From: Torpedo marmorata
Lineage: Eukaryota
Assembly (NCBI GenBank): GCA_977017645.1
Contig: OZ360223.1
Coordinates: 193,316,001-193,380,000, forward strand
Reading direction: 5' to 3'
DNA: 64,000 bases
Shown here: piece after piece, positions 12,360-22,730 of the stretch
How the letters are laid out: every line of letters begins with the position of its first letter
Position numbering within the stretch: the stretch's first letter is position 1
Notes under the pieces: generated by a model
What the model was told of the DNA's origin: nothing
Seen by the model: only the letters and a program-made list of their open reading frames with translations
Database searches by the model: none
Made by a program: the position numbers and the translations under genes

Positions 12360-13520
12360 AAAAGTCATCCAGCTTGAAAATAGGCCCTTTGGGCCACCGA
12401 GTCTGCACTGGCAATCAACTACACATTTACACTAACTACTGTATTTGACGGCATATAAGACCCCCCTTCTTTCCCCAAAAAATCACCTCAAAAACCACCC
12501 TGGGTCTTATACGCGAAGGTGACATTTTGGTGCTGCCATTTTGGGCACTGAGTGGAGTCCAGGAAGCGGGCCCACAGCTTCGCGGACCACCTTCCCTTGG
12601 GTGGCCCGTACTTTCCGGAGTCGCCGCCGCCGCTCACTTCCCTCGGTAAGAAGGCTCACTCTCAACATCCTTCCTGCCCGCTCTCTCCCCGCCCGCTCGC
12701 TCTCGCTCGCTCTCCCCGCCCGCTCGCTCTCACCAACAGTGCTTTGAGGGGAACGCTGGGCCTCGATGATCAGCCTTTGTTCGACGAGCACGGACCCTCG
12801 AGCAAATTGAATGAGGCGCGGGGGCGGGTGGCAGTGAGTGAGCGGCCTGTCAAGCTCAGCTCAACAGGCCGCCTGCTCGCTCACTGCCACCCGCGCCTCA
12901 TTCAATCTGTTCAGAGGCCGTGCGCATCGAACAAAGGCTCAGCGTGGAGCTTGATCACCGAGGCCCAGCGCTCCCCTCAAAGCAAGCGATCAATTGTCTG
13001 CTCCCCGCGACGGTGGGCCAGGACCCTGCCCGTTGTCTTGGCTTCTCTCCCTCCCACTCTCGCGCGCCCGCAGGTCCCGGTACACCTGTCAATCAATTAG
13101 CGTTTGGACGGTGGGGGTGGAAGCAGCCTGAGCCTCGGCGTGCGGCGGGCAAGAGGACGTGTTGCTGCTGTGAAGGTAAATACACTAAAACAATTTTTTA
13201 CTGAAATCTCACTCTAAAAATGGGGGGTGGGGGTCCTATATACCAGTGGGTCCTATATGCCGTCAAATACGGTAATTTCATTTCTTCCTCCCATTAATCA
13301 AATGTTTAAAAATTCTCCCACATTCTCATCTACCACTCAGCTAAATGTTAGTGGCTATTTACAGCAGTCAATTAATCCAATAATCTGCACATCTTTGGGA
13401 TATGGGACGAAACCAAAGTACCCAGAGGAAACCTCCGCGGTCACACGGAGGAAATGCACGCAGACAACACCCAAGGCCAAGATTGAACCCAAGTTTCTGG
13501 CATCACAAGGCAACAGTTGA
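12360..13520 (-). mobile_element. HE1/V-SINE-like element split by the MITE at 12439-13272
   Basis: V-domain-like sequence (reverse complement of gtttcctctgggtactttggtttcgtcccatatcccaaagatgtgcag) at about 13385-13440; CR1-like tail at 12360-12438. Confidence 0.65.
12439..13272. mobile_element. Non-autonomous Tc1/mariner-superfamily (pogo/Tc2-like) DNA transposon with a GC-rich palindromic interior
   Basis: TIRs c(t/c)gtatttgacggcatata(a/g)gaccc at both ends; TA TSD (12437-12438 and 13273-13274); no transposase ORF. Confidence 0.88.
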
Positions 13521-13789
13521 ACTGAAGGCAAGAAGGGCTCCTGAAGGGCCTTGGGCACTGAAGGCTTCCTGATCGTGTCAGAGGTTTGGATCAGGAGCTC
13601 AGGTTGCCAAGGGATCGAACAGGAGTCTGTACAGCTGCAGAGGCTGCAGCACTGGAGGCGAATCCACAGACACTCAGCGACTCTGAAGGGACTCTCTTTT
13701 GCTTCTTTCTCTCGTATTATAAAGGGCGCCAGGCAACACTAATGGCGACTCTGTCTACCTTACGGCAGGTGGAAGGCAATTTCGAGTAT

Positions 13790-14383
13790 TAAAGATCTGT
13801 GCTGATCAACTTACCAAGATATTCACAGATATCTTCAATATCTCACTCCAGCAGGGTGTGGTACCCAACTGCTTCTAACAGGTGTCAATCATACCGGTGC
13901 CCAAGAAGAGTGCAGTAACCTGCCTTAACGACTATCGACCAGTAGCACTTACATCAAAAGTGATGAAGTGTTTTGAAAGGCTGGTGTCAGCTCCTGTCTG
14001 AGCGGTGACATGGATCCATTCCAGTTCGCCTATCGCGGCAACAGGTCTACGGCGGATGCCATCTCACTGGCTCTACACAAAGCCCTGGAACACCTGGACA
14101 GCAAAGATGCATACATCAGGATGCTCTTTATCGACTACAGTTCAGCATTTAACACCATCATCCCCTCAAAACTGATCAGCAAACTCCAAGACCTGGGAGT
14201 TAACAACCCACTGCGTAATTGGATCATGGATTTCCTCACCTCCAGACCACAATCAGTGAAGATTGGTAAGAACTTCTCCTCCACAATCTCCATCAGTACC
14301 AGAGCACCACAGGGTTGTGTTCTTAGCCCCCTGCTCTACTCACTTTACACCTATGACTGTGTAGCTCGGTACGACAATAACAC
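13790..14383 (+). mobile_element. Rex1/Babar-type LINE, 5' part of RT, interrupted by the BEL element
   Basis: [34 protein letters not shown] and [11 protein letters not shown] motifs. Ends ..DNNT and resumes with IYKFADD at 21076. Confidence 0.92.
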
Positions 14384-15016
14384 TGTAAGAGCCGTAGGCT
14401 TGATTACTTACCTTGGTCGCGGCGCTCCGATGTTCTCGGCGGGTTACGGAGGAGTCGCGGTGTTTGTAGGCCGTGCTAGGCCTATTTAGTACTCTGCGCA
14501 TGCGCAGAGTGTGCGCGGTGGAGTGCGCGCGGTAGAGTGTGCGCGAATCGGGAAAATGTTATTGGAAAAAGATGGCAACGTAGGAGGGTGAGTGAGATCG
14601 CCATATCTTTTATTGACCGTTTGATTGAACATTTAAACTCGTTTCATTATGGTTTATAGTCATTTAAAGTCATTTAATTGAACATCTAAATATAGTCAAA
14701 GGAATCGTTTAAAGCAACTCATTAAACATCGTTATCAAGAACTGTATATATTTCGTTTAAAGATATTTAAGTCATTGAAGATTGCTGCAAGTCATGTGTA
14801 AATAAAGTTTTTTGAACATGTCGGACTTTGTTAGTAAATTAATTGAAACGCGTCAAAGACAAGTATCTCACCAAGCCTCCAAATGACTATTGTTGGACTG
14901 AAGTCACTATATAATTAGTCAATAAAAGTGGTTGTTTGGAACAGAAAATTGAAGGAAAGAAGATAGAATAATCTCTCTGTGCTTTGGACTGATATTTAAA
15001 ATAAAATGGCCATCTT
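14384..15016 (+). repeat. 5' LTR of the BEL element (3' boundary uncertain, may extend to about 15121)
   Basis: Aligns with 20389-21064 up to atggccatctt; the terminal actata recurs at 15116-15121 after about 100 extra bp. Confidence 0.85.
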
Positions 15017-15930
15017 GGAGATGCCTTGAGTTAGGGGCAGTTTGTAATCCACATCCATCTGCCATGAGTAACAGCCAGAGAGGGATTTAAAGCTTCAAAT
15101 CTAATAGTAAAGTGTACTATAAAAACGTTGGAGAAACCATTTTTGGAAAATCAGCGATGTTATTGACGGATGTTGTGGTTGAAACTCATTTGTGAATAGC
15201 AGCACATTACAGTCATCTGAAGTGGTAGGCATAAGTCTGTGGACTCCTTCTGTGTATCTTTGGCAAGTTTGAACACAGTTTGGATTTGCTGTCGCTAGTC
15301 CATTGGGGACTGTTGATTTGGCTAGTATTGTGTATGCTTGAAGGACAGTGGAACAAGACGAGTAAAATGGCCGCAACAGCCTCTGATGCAACAGCCACTG
15401 ATGTATCAGTAGCTGACGCAGCAACCGCTGATGTTGCTGTTAAGGACCAACGTATTGAAGACATGAAGATTGCGGATATTAAAAAAGAAATGAAGCGACT
15501 GAAACAAGATATAAATGGAAATAAAAAGGTTCTAATCGCAAGATTGAAGCTGGCAAAGGAAAAAGAGGCAGTTTCATTAGATGAACAAGAAGATAACAAG
15601 GAAATGGCTGAAATTGTATCATCAAATGAAGAGGATGAAGAAAATGAAGAGAATGAAGAAAATGAAGAGGTTGAAGATGCAAAGGATGTACAATTCGAAT
15701 TGGAGAAAGAGGTAAGTAAGAAGACAACATATGACCTGCAGGACGAAATACAAGCAAGTGACAGTGTCGCAAATGCTGAAAGCAGGAGAAGCAAACGAAG
15801 TTCTGGTTCGAGCTCCAGAGTTTCTCGTACTTCAAGTTCTGCATCGTCATGTACAAAGATTGAAGTTAACTTGGCCGCTCTTCTTGCACAACAAAAAACG
15901 CTTAAGGATAAACATATTTTAGAACGACAG

Positions 15931-16065
15931 GAGGAGCAGCTAAGACAAAAGGAGGAGCAGCTAAGACAAAAGGAGGAGCAGCTAAGACAAAAGGAGGAGC
16001 AGCTGAAGGAGCAGATAAGGCAAGAGAAGGAGCAGCTTAGGCAGAGAAAAGAACAGCAGGAGCTG
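15931..16065 (+). repeat. 21-bp coding tandem repeat (EEQLRQK heptads) in BEL gag
   Basis: gaggagcagctaagacaaaag three times exactly, then degenerate copies. Confidence 0.9.
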
Positions 16066-17304
16066 GAAGCAAACATTACTATTGCCAAGGCAAAAAAGAA
16101 AGTAATAGAAGGCTCAATGGTATCTGGTGCTAGAAGTAAATTATCTAAAGTGTCTAATAATAAAAGGTTATATTTAAAAAAAGAGTCACAGGAAAAGAAA
16201 CCAACCAAAAGGGTAGATATTTTAGAACCAAGGATACAAGACTTGCAAATACAAGGACAAATCTTTCAAGAGCATATTGGTTTTGAGTCACATGTACCAG
16301 TGGTAACATATGAAGACAAAGCTGCGGCTTGGGTTCGGTCGAACGATGCAGCTTCCTTGTTATTTGAGTCAAGCATCAGAAATATGGAAGAAAATATACC
16401 AGTGAGGCTTACAGATACATTACCTGCAACAAGAGAAGGTGAACAGAGCAATGTATTGTTATCAAAAGGAAGACAAAATGAAATTACTCCATCATTGATT
16501 CAGTTACAGTCTCTCTCTTCTTTACCCAAGAAAGAGATACAAACTTTTGATGGTGATCCACTTCAGTACCAATCATTTATGAGATCTTTCAAACGCAATA
16601 TTGAAAATAAATACCAAGATCGTGATGAATGTCTTTATTATTTAGAAATGTTCACAAAGGGACATCCAAAAGAACTTGTAAAGAGTTGTCAACATATGTC
16701 TTCAGAAAGAGGATTAGACAGAGCTAAGGCTTTACTAGGACAACATTTTGGCAACAAGCATCGAATTGCTTTAGCTTATATGGAAAAGCTCTTAAATGGA
16801 CATCAATAAAACAGAATGATGTAAAGGCTCAACAAGAATATACTCTATTTTTAAGAGGATGTTATAATGCCATGGAAGATATCGATAATATTCATGAGCT
16901 TGAAGTGCTTGGTAATATGCGAATCATCTTAGAAAAATTACCTTACAAGTTATGGGATAGATGGAGAAATTTGGCTTGTGATTTACAAGGAAATTACGGT
17001 CGAAGAGCTACCTTAAAGTATTTGGTAAATTTTCTTGAACGACAGGTGTACATTGAAACAGATCCAATATATGGAAATACCAGAGACAATTCAATGGGCA
17101 AAGATGGAAGGAGGTCTAACTCACAGCCTAGTCTGAAATTGAAAAGGAGTATTTTTGCTACTAATGTGTCAGTTATAAATAAAGAAAAGGACAAAGTAAA
17201 TAAGGAAAAGGAAAGTTTGCCTGCTGAAAAGAGTTGTTTGTTCTGTAAAGGTGGACATGCTTTGGAAATGTGTTTACGATTGGAAAAGAAGGATCATCAT
17301 GAGA

Positions 17305-18068
17305 TCAAATAACTGTTTTAGATGTGGCGAAGTGGAGGGAACTTTTCTACATTCAACATGGTTATGTTCTAAAGTAAAATGTTTCTGGATAGAGCGAGGG
17401 AACAGGTTAAAACAAATTACAGGTGTTACATTTCCACAGAATCCTGATTTATTTCTATTAGGGAATGTGGAAGGAACTAGACCAAAGTTGAAGTTATCTA
17501 CATATCAATTGAAATTTGTAAAAATTGCCTTAGCAGTTGCAAGGAAGTGTATAGCAGTAACTTGGAAATCAGATACAAATTTAAGCATGGATAGATGGAA
17601 TATAGAGATGTGGAGCTGTATTCCACTGGAAAAAATAACATATAATATGAGAAACAAATATGGGATATTTTTGCAAATTTGGCGTCCATATATCCAATCA
17701 TTAGGTATGAATATTTAAATGTGTTGCTCTACATCCCAGACCCTGTTGACTCTCTCAAATTCAAAGAATAAATATTGTTGAATGCCGCGCGTCGAGCCGC
17801 GGACCCAGCAGCGATCCGTTCAGATGTTTTTGATAAGAAATACCAATGCCTTCTTTTCTGTTCTTTTCTTTTAGTTTTTACTAAGGGGAGGGAATTAAGG
17901 GAGGGGAAGGGTGGAGGGTGGGCAACTTTATAGAAGGTGGGTTAAGAGAGGGGTTAGATACACTGTAATACAAACTATGTCTTTTATTTACTGGAATTAA
18001 TAATGTAAACTATGTATGTTGTATTACTGTGAGAAAATTCAAAATTTAAAATAAAATATTAAAAAAAA
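17305..18068 (+). mobile_element. L1-clade LINE 3' fragment inserted into BEL gag
   Basis: CFRCGEVEGTFLHSTWLC zinc knuckle and IPLEKITY..FLQIWRPY end of ORF2; G-rich 3' UTR; poly(A). The BEL frame KDHHE|KIAFLKEN is rejoined on removing it. Confidence 0.92.
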
Positions 18069-19085
18069 AGAAGATTGCTTTCTTAAAGGAAAATGAAATA
18101 TGTTTTAGCTGTCTGTGTAAAGGGCACATCAGTAAAAACTGCAAGAAGCGAATTAATTGTAACATATGTAAGTTGAAACGTCCTAGATTTTGCATATCCA
18201 TCAAAGAAACAAGGAATTGGAAAAGGAGCAAACAGAAACAAAGGAAACATCAGAAAACAATGTTATAACCTCGGTTCAGACAAGTGGTCTTACCGGGGCC
18301 GGTGTGGATAACTGCAAACTTTCAATAGTGCCTGTACAGGTCAAGACCAAGAAAGGGGATGCAACAGTACATACATATGCATTTCTAGACCCAGACAGCA
18401 CTGCATCTTTTTGCACGGAAGGACTAATGAACAAACTTAATATTCAAGGAAGAAGGTCAAGAATTATGTTAAAAACCATGGGATAAGAAAAGGTCATTGA
18501 AACCAGCATTGTTTCAGGCTTAGAGGTTGCTGGATTGGATGACAAAAAATTTTGTGATCTTCCAAGTTTATACACTCAGAAGACTATGCCTGTGCATGAA
18601 GGAAATATTCCTCATCAAAATTATATACATTATTTAGCCTATTTAGCTTATTAGGTTTATTTACCTGAAATTAACTCTGAGATAGAAATGCTGATTGGTT
18701 CAGATGTGCCAAAGGATTTGGAACCACAAGAAGTAATACAGAGTAGAAGGAATGGACCTTACGCTGTTAGAACCAAGCTTGGTTGGACAATTAATGGACC
18801 ATTGGAAAGAAATAATGATATTGCACAGGAACAATTAGTGATAAATATTAACAGGATTTCGGTTGTGAAAGTTGATGAGTTAAGGGAAGAGCAAAAGACT
18901 GTGAATAAGAAAATCACTTTTGAAGAAAAGAAAATAGATCAACATGAAAATAAATCAAAGGTAATTAAAACAACATTGAAAAATTATGTTCATCAGAAAT
19001 AAATGAAAATGAAGTATAAGAAGATGTTGCAAATAATACTATTGATTATTCATGTGTAATTGAATCAGATACAAGAATAAAACAA

Positions 19086-20003
19086 GTGACTGAGAACAAA
19101 TCTGAAAGTAGATTTTGTAGTTCAGAGGTTACAGCAGACAAAGTCAATGAAGAAATATTGCAATGTGATGTAAAACTGGAGAACGCAGAAAATTGTGCTG
19201 ATGGAATAAAGAAGAATGTGAATGATAATTTAATGCAATTGAATTCAGAGAACAAAATGTTGAAAGGGGAATTGGAAATAGTAGATAATCATGAAAACAG
19301 TAAACAGAAAGATTTAATTGTAAGTAAAATTTGCAAAGTCAGAAAGCGGAAGAAAAGAATAACTGCTGAAGATATGAATACAGTTATTGAGGAAAGAGAT
19401 TCAGCATTATCAAGATGTAAAAGGTTGGAGGAAGAAATTAATATTTTGAAAGAGAACAAGTTATTGGTTAATAACACAAAACAGTTGAATAAAAAAAACA
19501 ATCAAGATTGTAAATTGAATGTTCAGCTATTAACAATGCAGAAAGAAAGTGATATTGCATTGCAGAAATGTAACAAGCAAGATGAAGGAATTCAAAAATT
19601 TCAAGTTTACCACAGCAGGGTTGACAATAGAAATATCAATGTATCACATGATATTTTGACTTCAGATCAATTTATTAATTTATTGGAAGGAACTGAGACT
19701 GAATTGAAAGTTGCAAAATTGGATTTGGAATTGCAGGAAAAGGCAATAGAAACCAGAGTGGTTAAAGAGACTCGTTTATTAAAATCGAAAGGATCAGATA
19801 AATATTCAAATTCTCGTTCTAAGAGTTTAAATTCTTCACATGAGAAGTGGAATGCTGAAGAAAGGAATAAAGTGAAACGACATGCTGAAGAAGTGCCTCA
19901 TGTTAAATTCAAAAGAAAAACTGTATCTATTTTGTCTGAGGAAGATTTGAGGTTTACTGGTCGACGTTTTAACTCAAAGATTCTGGAGATAAAAGAACTT
20001 TGA
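19086..20003 (+). CDS. Coiled-coil ORF inside the BEL element containing a MIPOL1-derived segment (about 19317-19616)
   Basis: IVSKICKVRKRKKRITAEDMNTVIEERDSALSRCKRLEEEI...IQKFQVYHS aligns with recalled human MIPOL1 IVDRIYKTKECKMRITAEEMSALIEERDAALSKCKRLEQEL...IQTLRVYYS. Probably once continuous with gag-pro. Confidence 0.75.
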   Translation: MTENKSESRFCSSEVTADKVNEEILQCDVKLENAENCADGIKKNVNDNLMQLNSENKMLKGELEIVDNHENSKQKDLIVSKICKVRKRKKRITAEDMNTVIEERDSALSRCKRLEEEINILKENKLLVNNTKQLNKKNNQDCKLNVQLLTMQKESDIALQKCNKQDEGIQKFQVYHSRVDNRNINVSHDILTSDQFINLLEGTETELKVAKLDLELQEKAIETRVVKETRLLKSKGSDKYSNSRSKSLNSSHEKWNAEERNKVKRHAEEVPHVKFKRKTVSILSEEDLRFTGRRFNSKILEIKEL

Positions 20004-20388
20004 GGAGACTGTAATTATTGTGAACGATTCAACTACAGGAAACTTCTGGTTACTTGGAAAAATTATTGAGACTATTTAGGACAAAAGGGGACTTGTGCGT
20101 CAAGTTCGAATTAAAACTAAGACTGGCTTTCTAAATAGACCCATTAACAAGGTCTGCCTTCTGTTGGAGACGGAGGAACTTTGATAAATACAAACTGACT
20201 TTATTTGTTGTTGTATACTTCACAGGTACAGACTTTTGTTGATTCAGAGTTATGGTAAACTCTGGTCTTAAGAAGAAAGAAGAAAGAAGATTTGTATATT
20301 GTTTGAATGTTATGGTTATTGTTATTTATAATTGATTGTGTAATTATTATTTAAGACATTGCGTCTAATTATAATAATTAGGGGCCGT

Positions 20389-21070
20389 TGTAAGAACCGT
20401 AGGCTTGATTACTTACCTTGGTCGCGGCGCTCCGATGTTCTCGGCGGGTTACGGAGGAGTCGCGGTGTTTGTAGGCCGTGCTAGGCCTATTTAGTACTCT
20501 GCGCATGCGCTAGAGTGCCGACTGGTGCATGCGCAGTTGGGAATTGACGGCGGTGTGCGCGGTGGAGTGTGCGCATTGAGCATGCGCGAATCAGGAAAAA
20601 GTAATAGGAAAAAGATGGCGACGTTGGAGGGTGAGTGAGATCGCCATATCTTTTATTGACTGTTTCATTGAACATTTAAACTCGTTTCATTATGGTTTAA
20701 AGTCATTTAAAGTCATTTAATTGAACATCTAAATATAATCAAAGGAATCATTTAAAGGAACTCATTAAACATCGTTATCAAGAACTGTATATATTTTGTT
20801 TAAAGAAGATATTTAAGTCATTGAAGATTGCTGCAAGTCATGTATGTAAATAAAGTTTTTTGAACATATCGGACTTTGTTAGTAAATTAATTGAAACGCG
20901 TCAAAGACAAGTATCGCACCTAGCCTCCAAGTGACTATTGTTGGATTGAAGTCACTATATAATTAGTCAATAAAAGTGGTTGTTTGGAACAGAAAATTGA
21001 AGGAAAGAAGATAAAATAATCTCTCTGTGCTTTGGACTGATATTTAAAATAAAATGGCCATCTTACTATA
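20389..21070 (+). repeat. 3' LTR of the BEL element
   Basis: Direct repeat of the 5' LTR with an expanded GC-rich gcgcatgcgc region; contains AATAAA signals. Confidence 0.88.
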
Positions 21071-22011
21071 AGCACCATCTACAAATTTGCTGACGATACC
21101 ACGGTAGTAGGTTGCATAAAGGAAGGGGATGAGTCAGCACACAGGATGGAGATTGAAAACCTGGCTGAATGGTGCACCAAAAACAACCTTGCACTCAATG
21201 TCTCCAAAACTAAGGAGCTGATTGTTGACTTCAGGAAAGGAAAGCCAGAGGTCATTGGGGGATCAGAGGTGGAGAGGATGAGCAAATTTAGGTTCTTGGG
21301 AGTCACTATCTCGGAGGATCTTTCCTGGACCCAACATACCAATGGCATCGTGAAGAAAGCACGTCAGCACCTCTACTTCCTCAGGAGCTTGCAGAGGTTT
21401 GGTATGACACCAGAAACCGTGGCAAATTTCTACAGATGTGTGGTGGAAAGTGTGCTGACTGGCTGCATCACGGTCTGGTATGGGAACACCAATACCCCTG
21501 AGTGTAAAGCCCTCCAAAAGGTAGTGGATACAGCCCAGGACATTACTGGCAAAACCCTCCCCACTATTGAGTACATCTACAGGGAACGCTGCCGTCGGAG
21601 GGCAGCAAAAATCATCAAAGACCCACACCACCCAGCACACGCTCTGTTCTCGCTGCTGCCATCAGGAAAGAGGTATAGGTGCCACAAGACTCGCACCACC
21701 AGGTTCAGGAACAGCTGCTACCCCTCTACCAACAGAATCCTCAATGACAAAGTCAAACAAGAGACTCATTTAAGGACTCTTATTCGTGCACTTTATTGAT
21801 TTTTCTTTGCTCTCTGTATTGCAGTCATTTTCATTTTCAGTTTCATTCGTTACCCGTTAGCAGTTCTTTTGATTGTTTACATGTTTACGCTGTGTACAGT
21901 TTACTTTTTGCACGACCAGTTAGTGGTAATTCTGCCGCGCCCGCAGGAAAAAAGAATTTCAGGGTTGTATGTGACGTCATGTATGTACTCTGACAAAAAA
22001 TCTGAAATCTG
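21071..22011 (+). mobile_element. Rex1/Babar-type LINE, 3' part with tail
   Basis: IYKFADDTTVVG, LNVSKTKELIVDFRK and HPAHALFSLLPSGKRYR motifs; tail tctgaaatctga. Confidence 0.92.
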
Positions 22012-22214
22012 ATATTACATGTTCTGTATTAATTCCTGACAATAAAGGAATCTTGAATAACTGCGCCACTGTACCACCCAAATCTATCCCACGCTGACAA
22101 ATCTGTCTAGCTCCTACACGATTATAACAAGGCCCAATGCGAGCTTTACGAAGAATACATCTTGTATCAGGGTTCATGGCTGTCTTCTGGACTCGATATC
22201 AATTTCTCCAAGTT

Positions 22215-22730
22215 TTCCTGTGCTGAGTGGAAAGCCCTGCAGAAGACAGTGGAGACAGCCCAGTACATCACAGGCATAACTCTCCCCACCATCGAGAAAA
22301 TCTATACGGAAAGCTGCCAATGGAGAGCAGCAGCAATCCTCAAGGATTCACACCACCAAGGACATGCTCTGTTCTCGCTGCTGCCATCAGGAAAGAGGTA
22401 TAGGTGCCACAAGACTCGTATCACCAGGTTCAGAAACAGTTGCTACCCCTCCATCATCAGACTCCTAAACAACAGACTCAATCAGAGACTCATTTAAGGA
22501 CTCTTACTTGGCACATTATTTATTATTGAATATTTATTTTTTCTGGATTTGCAACAGTTTGTTAACATTTCTTTCTTTGTTTACATTTCTCTCTTTTATA
22601 TACATATCTTTTTCTTGAGTACTGTTTACACTACCAATAAGTAGAAATTCTGCCTGTCCTGCAGGATAAAGAATCTCAGGGTTGTATGTGATGACATGCA
22701 TGTAATCTGACAATAACTTTGAACTTTGAA
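22215..22730 (+). mobile_element. Rex1/Babar LINE 3' fragment
   Basis: HQGHALFSLLPSGKRYRCHKTR; 3' UTR similar to 21770-22010; tail actttgaactttga. Confidence 0.88.

Larger units (their letters stand above)
15367..19002 (+). pseudogene. BEL gag-protease (SAP domain, acidic tract, heptad repeat, DUF1759-like, Zn knuckles, aspartic protease), disrupted by frameshifts, stops and an L1 insertion
   Basis: aaaATGG start at 15367; LPKKEIQTFDGDPLQYQSF; CLFCKGGHALEMC, CFSCLCKGHISKNC and CNICKLKRPRFLH; TYAFLDPDSTASF; [24 protein letters not shown]. Confidence 0.88.
14384..21070 (+). mobile_element. BEL/Pao LTR retrotransposon derivative (non-autonomous; RT, RNase H and integrase core absent; carries host-like sequences)
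   Basis: LTRs start TGTAAGA at 14384 and 20389; PPT-like aattaggggccgt; imperfect TSD aacac/agcac inside a Rex LINE. Contains a DUF1759-like Gag, three Cys/His knuckles, AFLDPDS protease and the C-terminal tail of Pol (20005-20184). Confidence 0.92.

Noticed and set aside
12507-13204. GC-rich region with 68-182-aa ORFs resembling a CpG-island first exon
   Set aside because: Fully enclosed by TIRs and a TA TSD; the ORFs are by-products of high GC and the internal palindrome.
15931-15993. Regular short direct repeats as a possible CRISPR-like array
   Set aside because: Contiguous 21-bp coding repeats without spacers, in a eukaryotic retroelement.
15213-16208. 331-aa minus-strand Ser/Cys/Leu-rich ORF
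   Set aside because: Antisense shadow of the low-complexity, repeat-containing BEL gag; no independent features.
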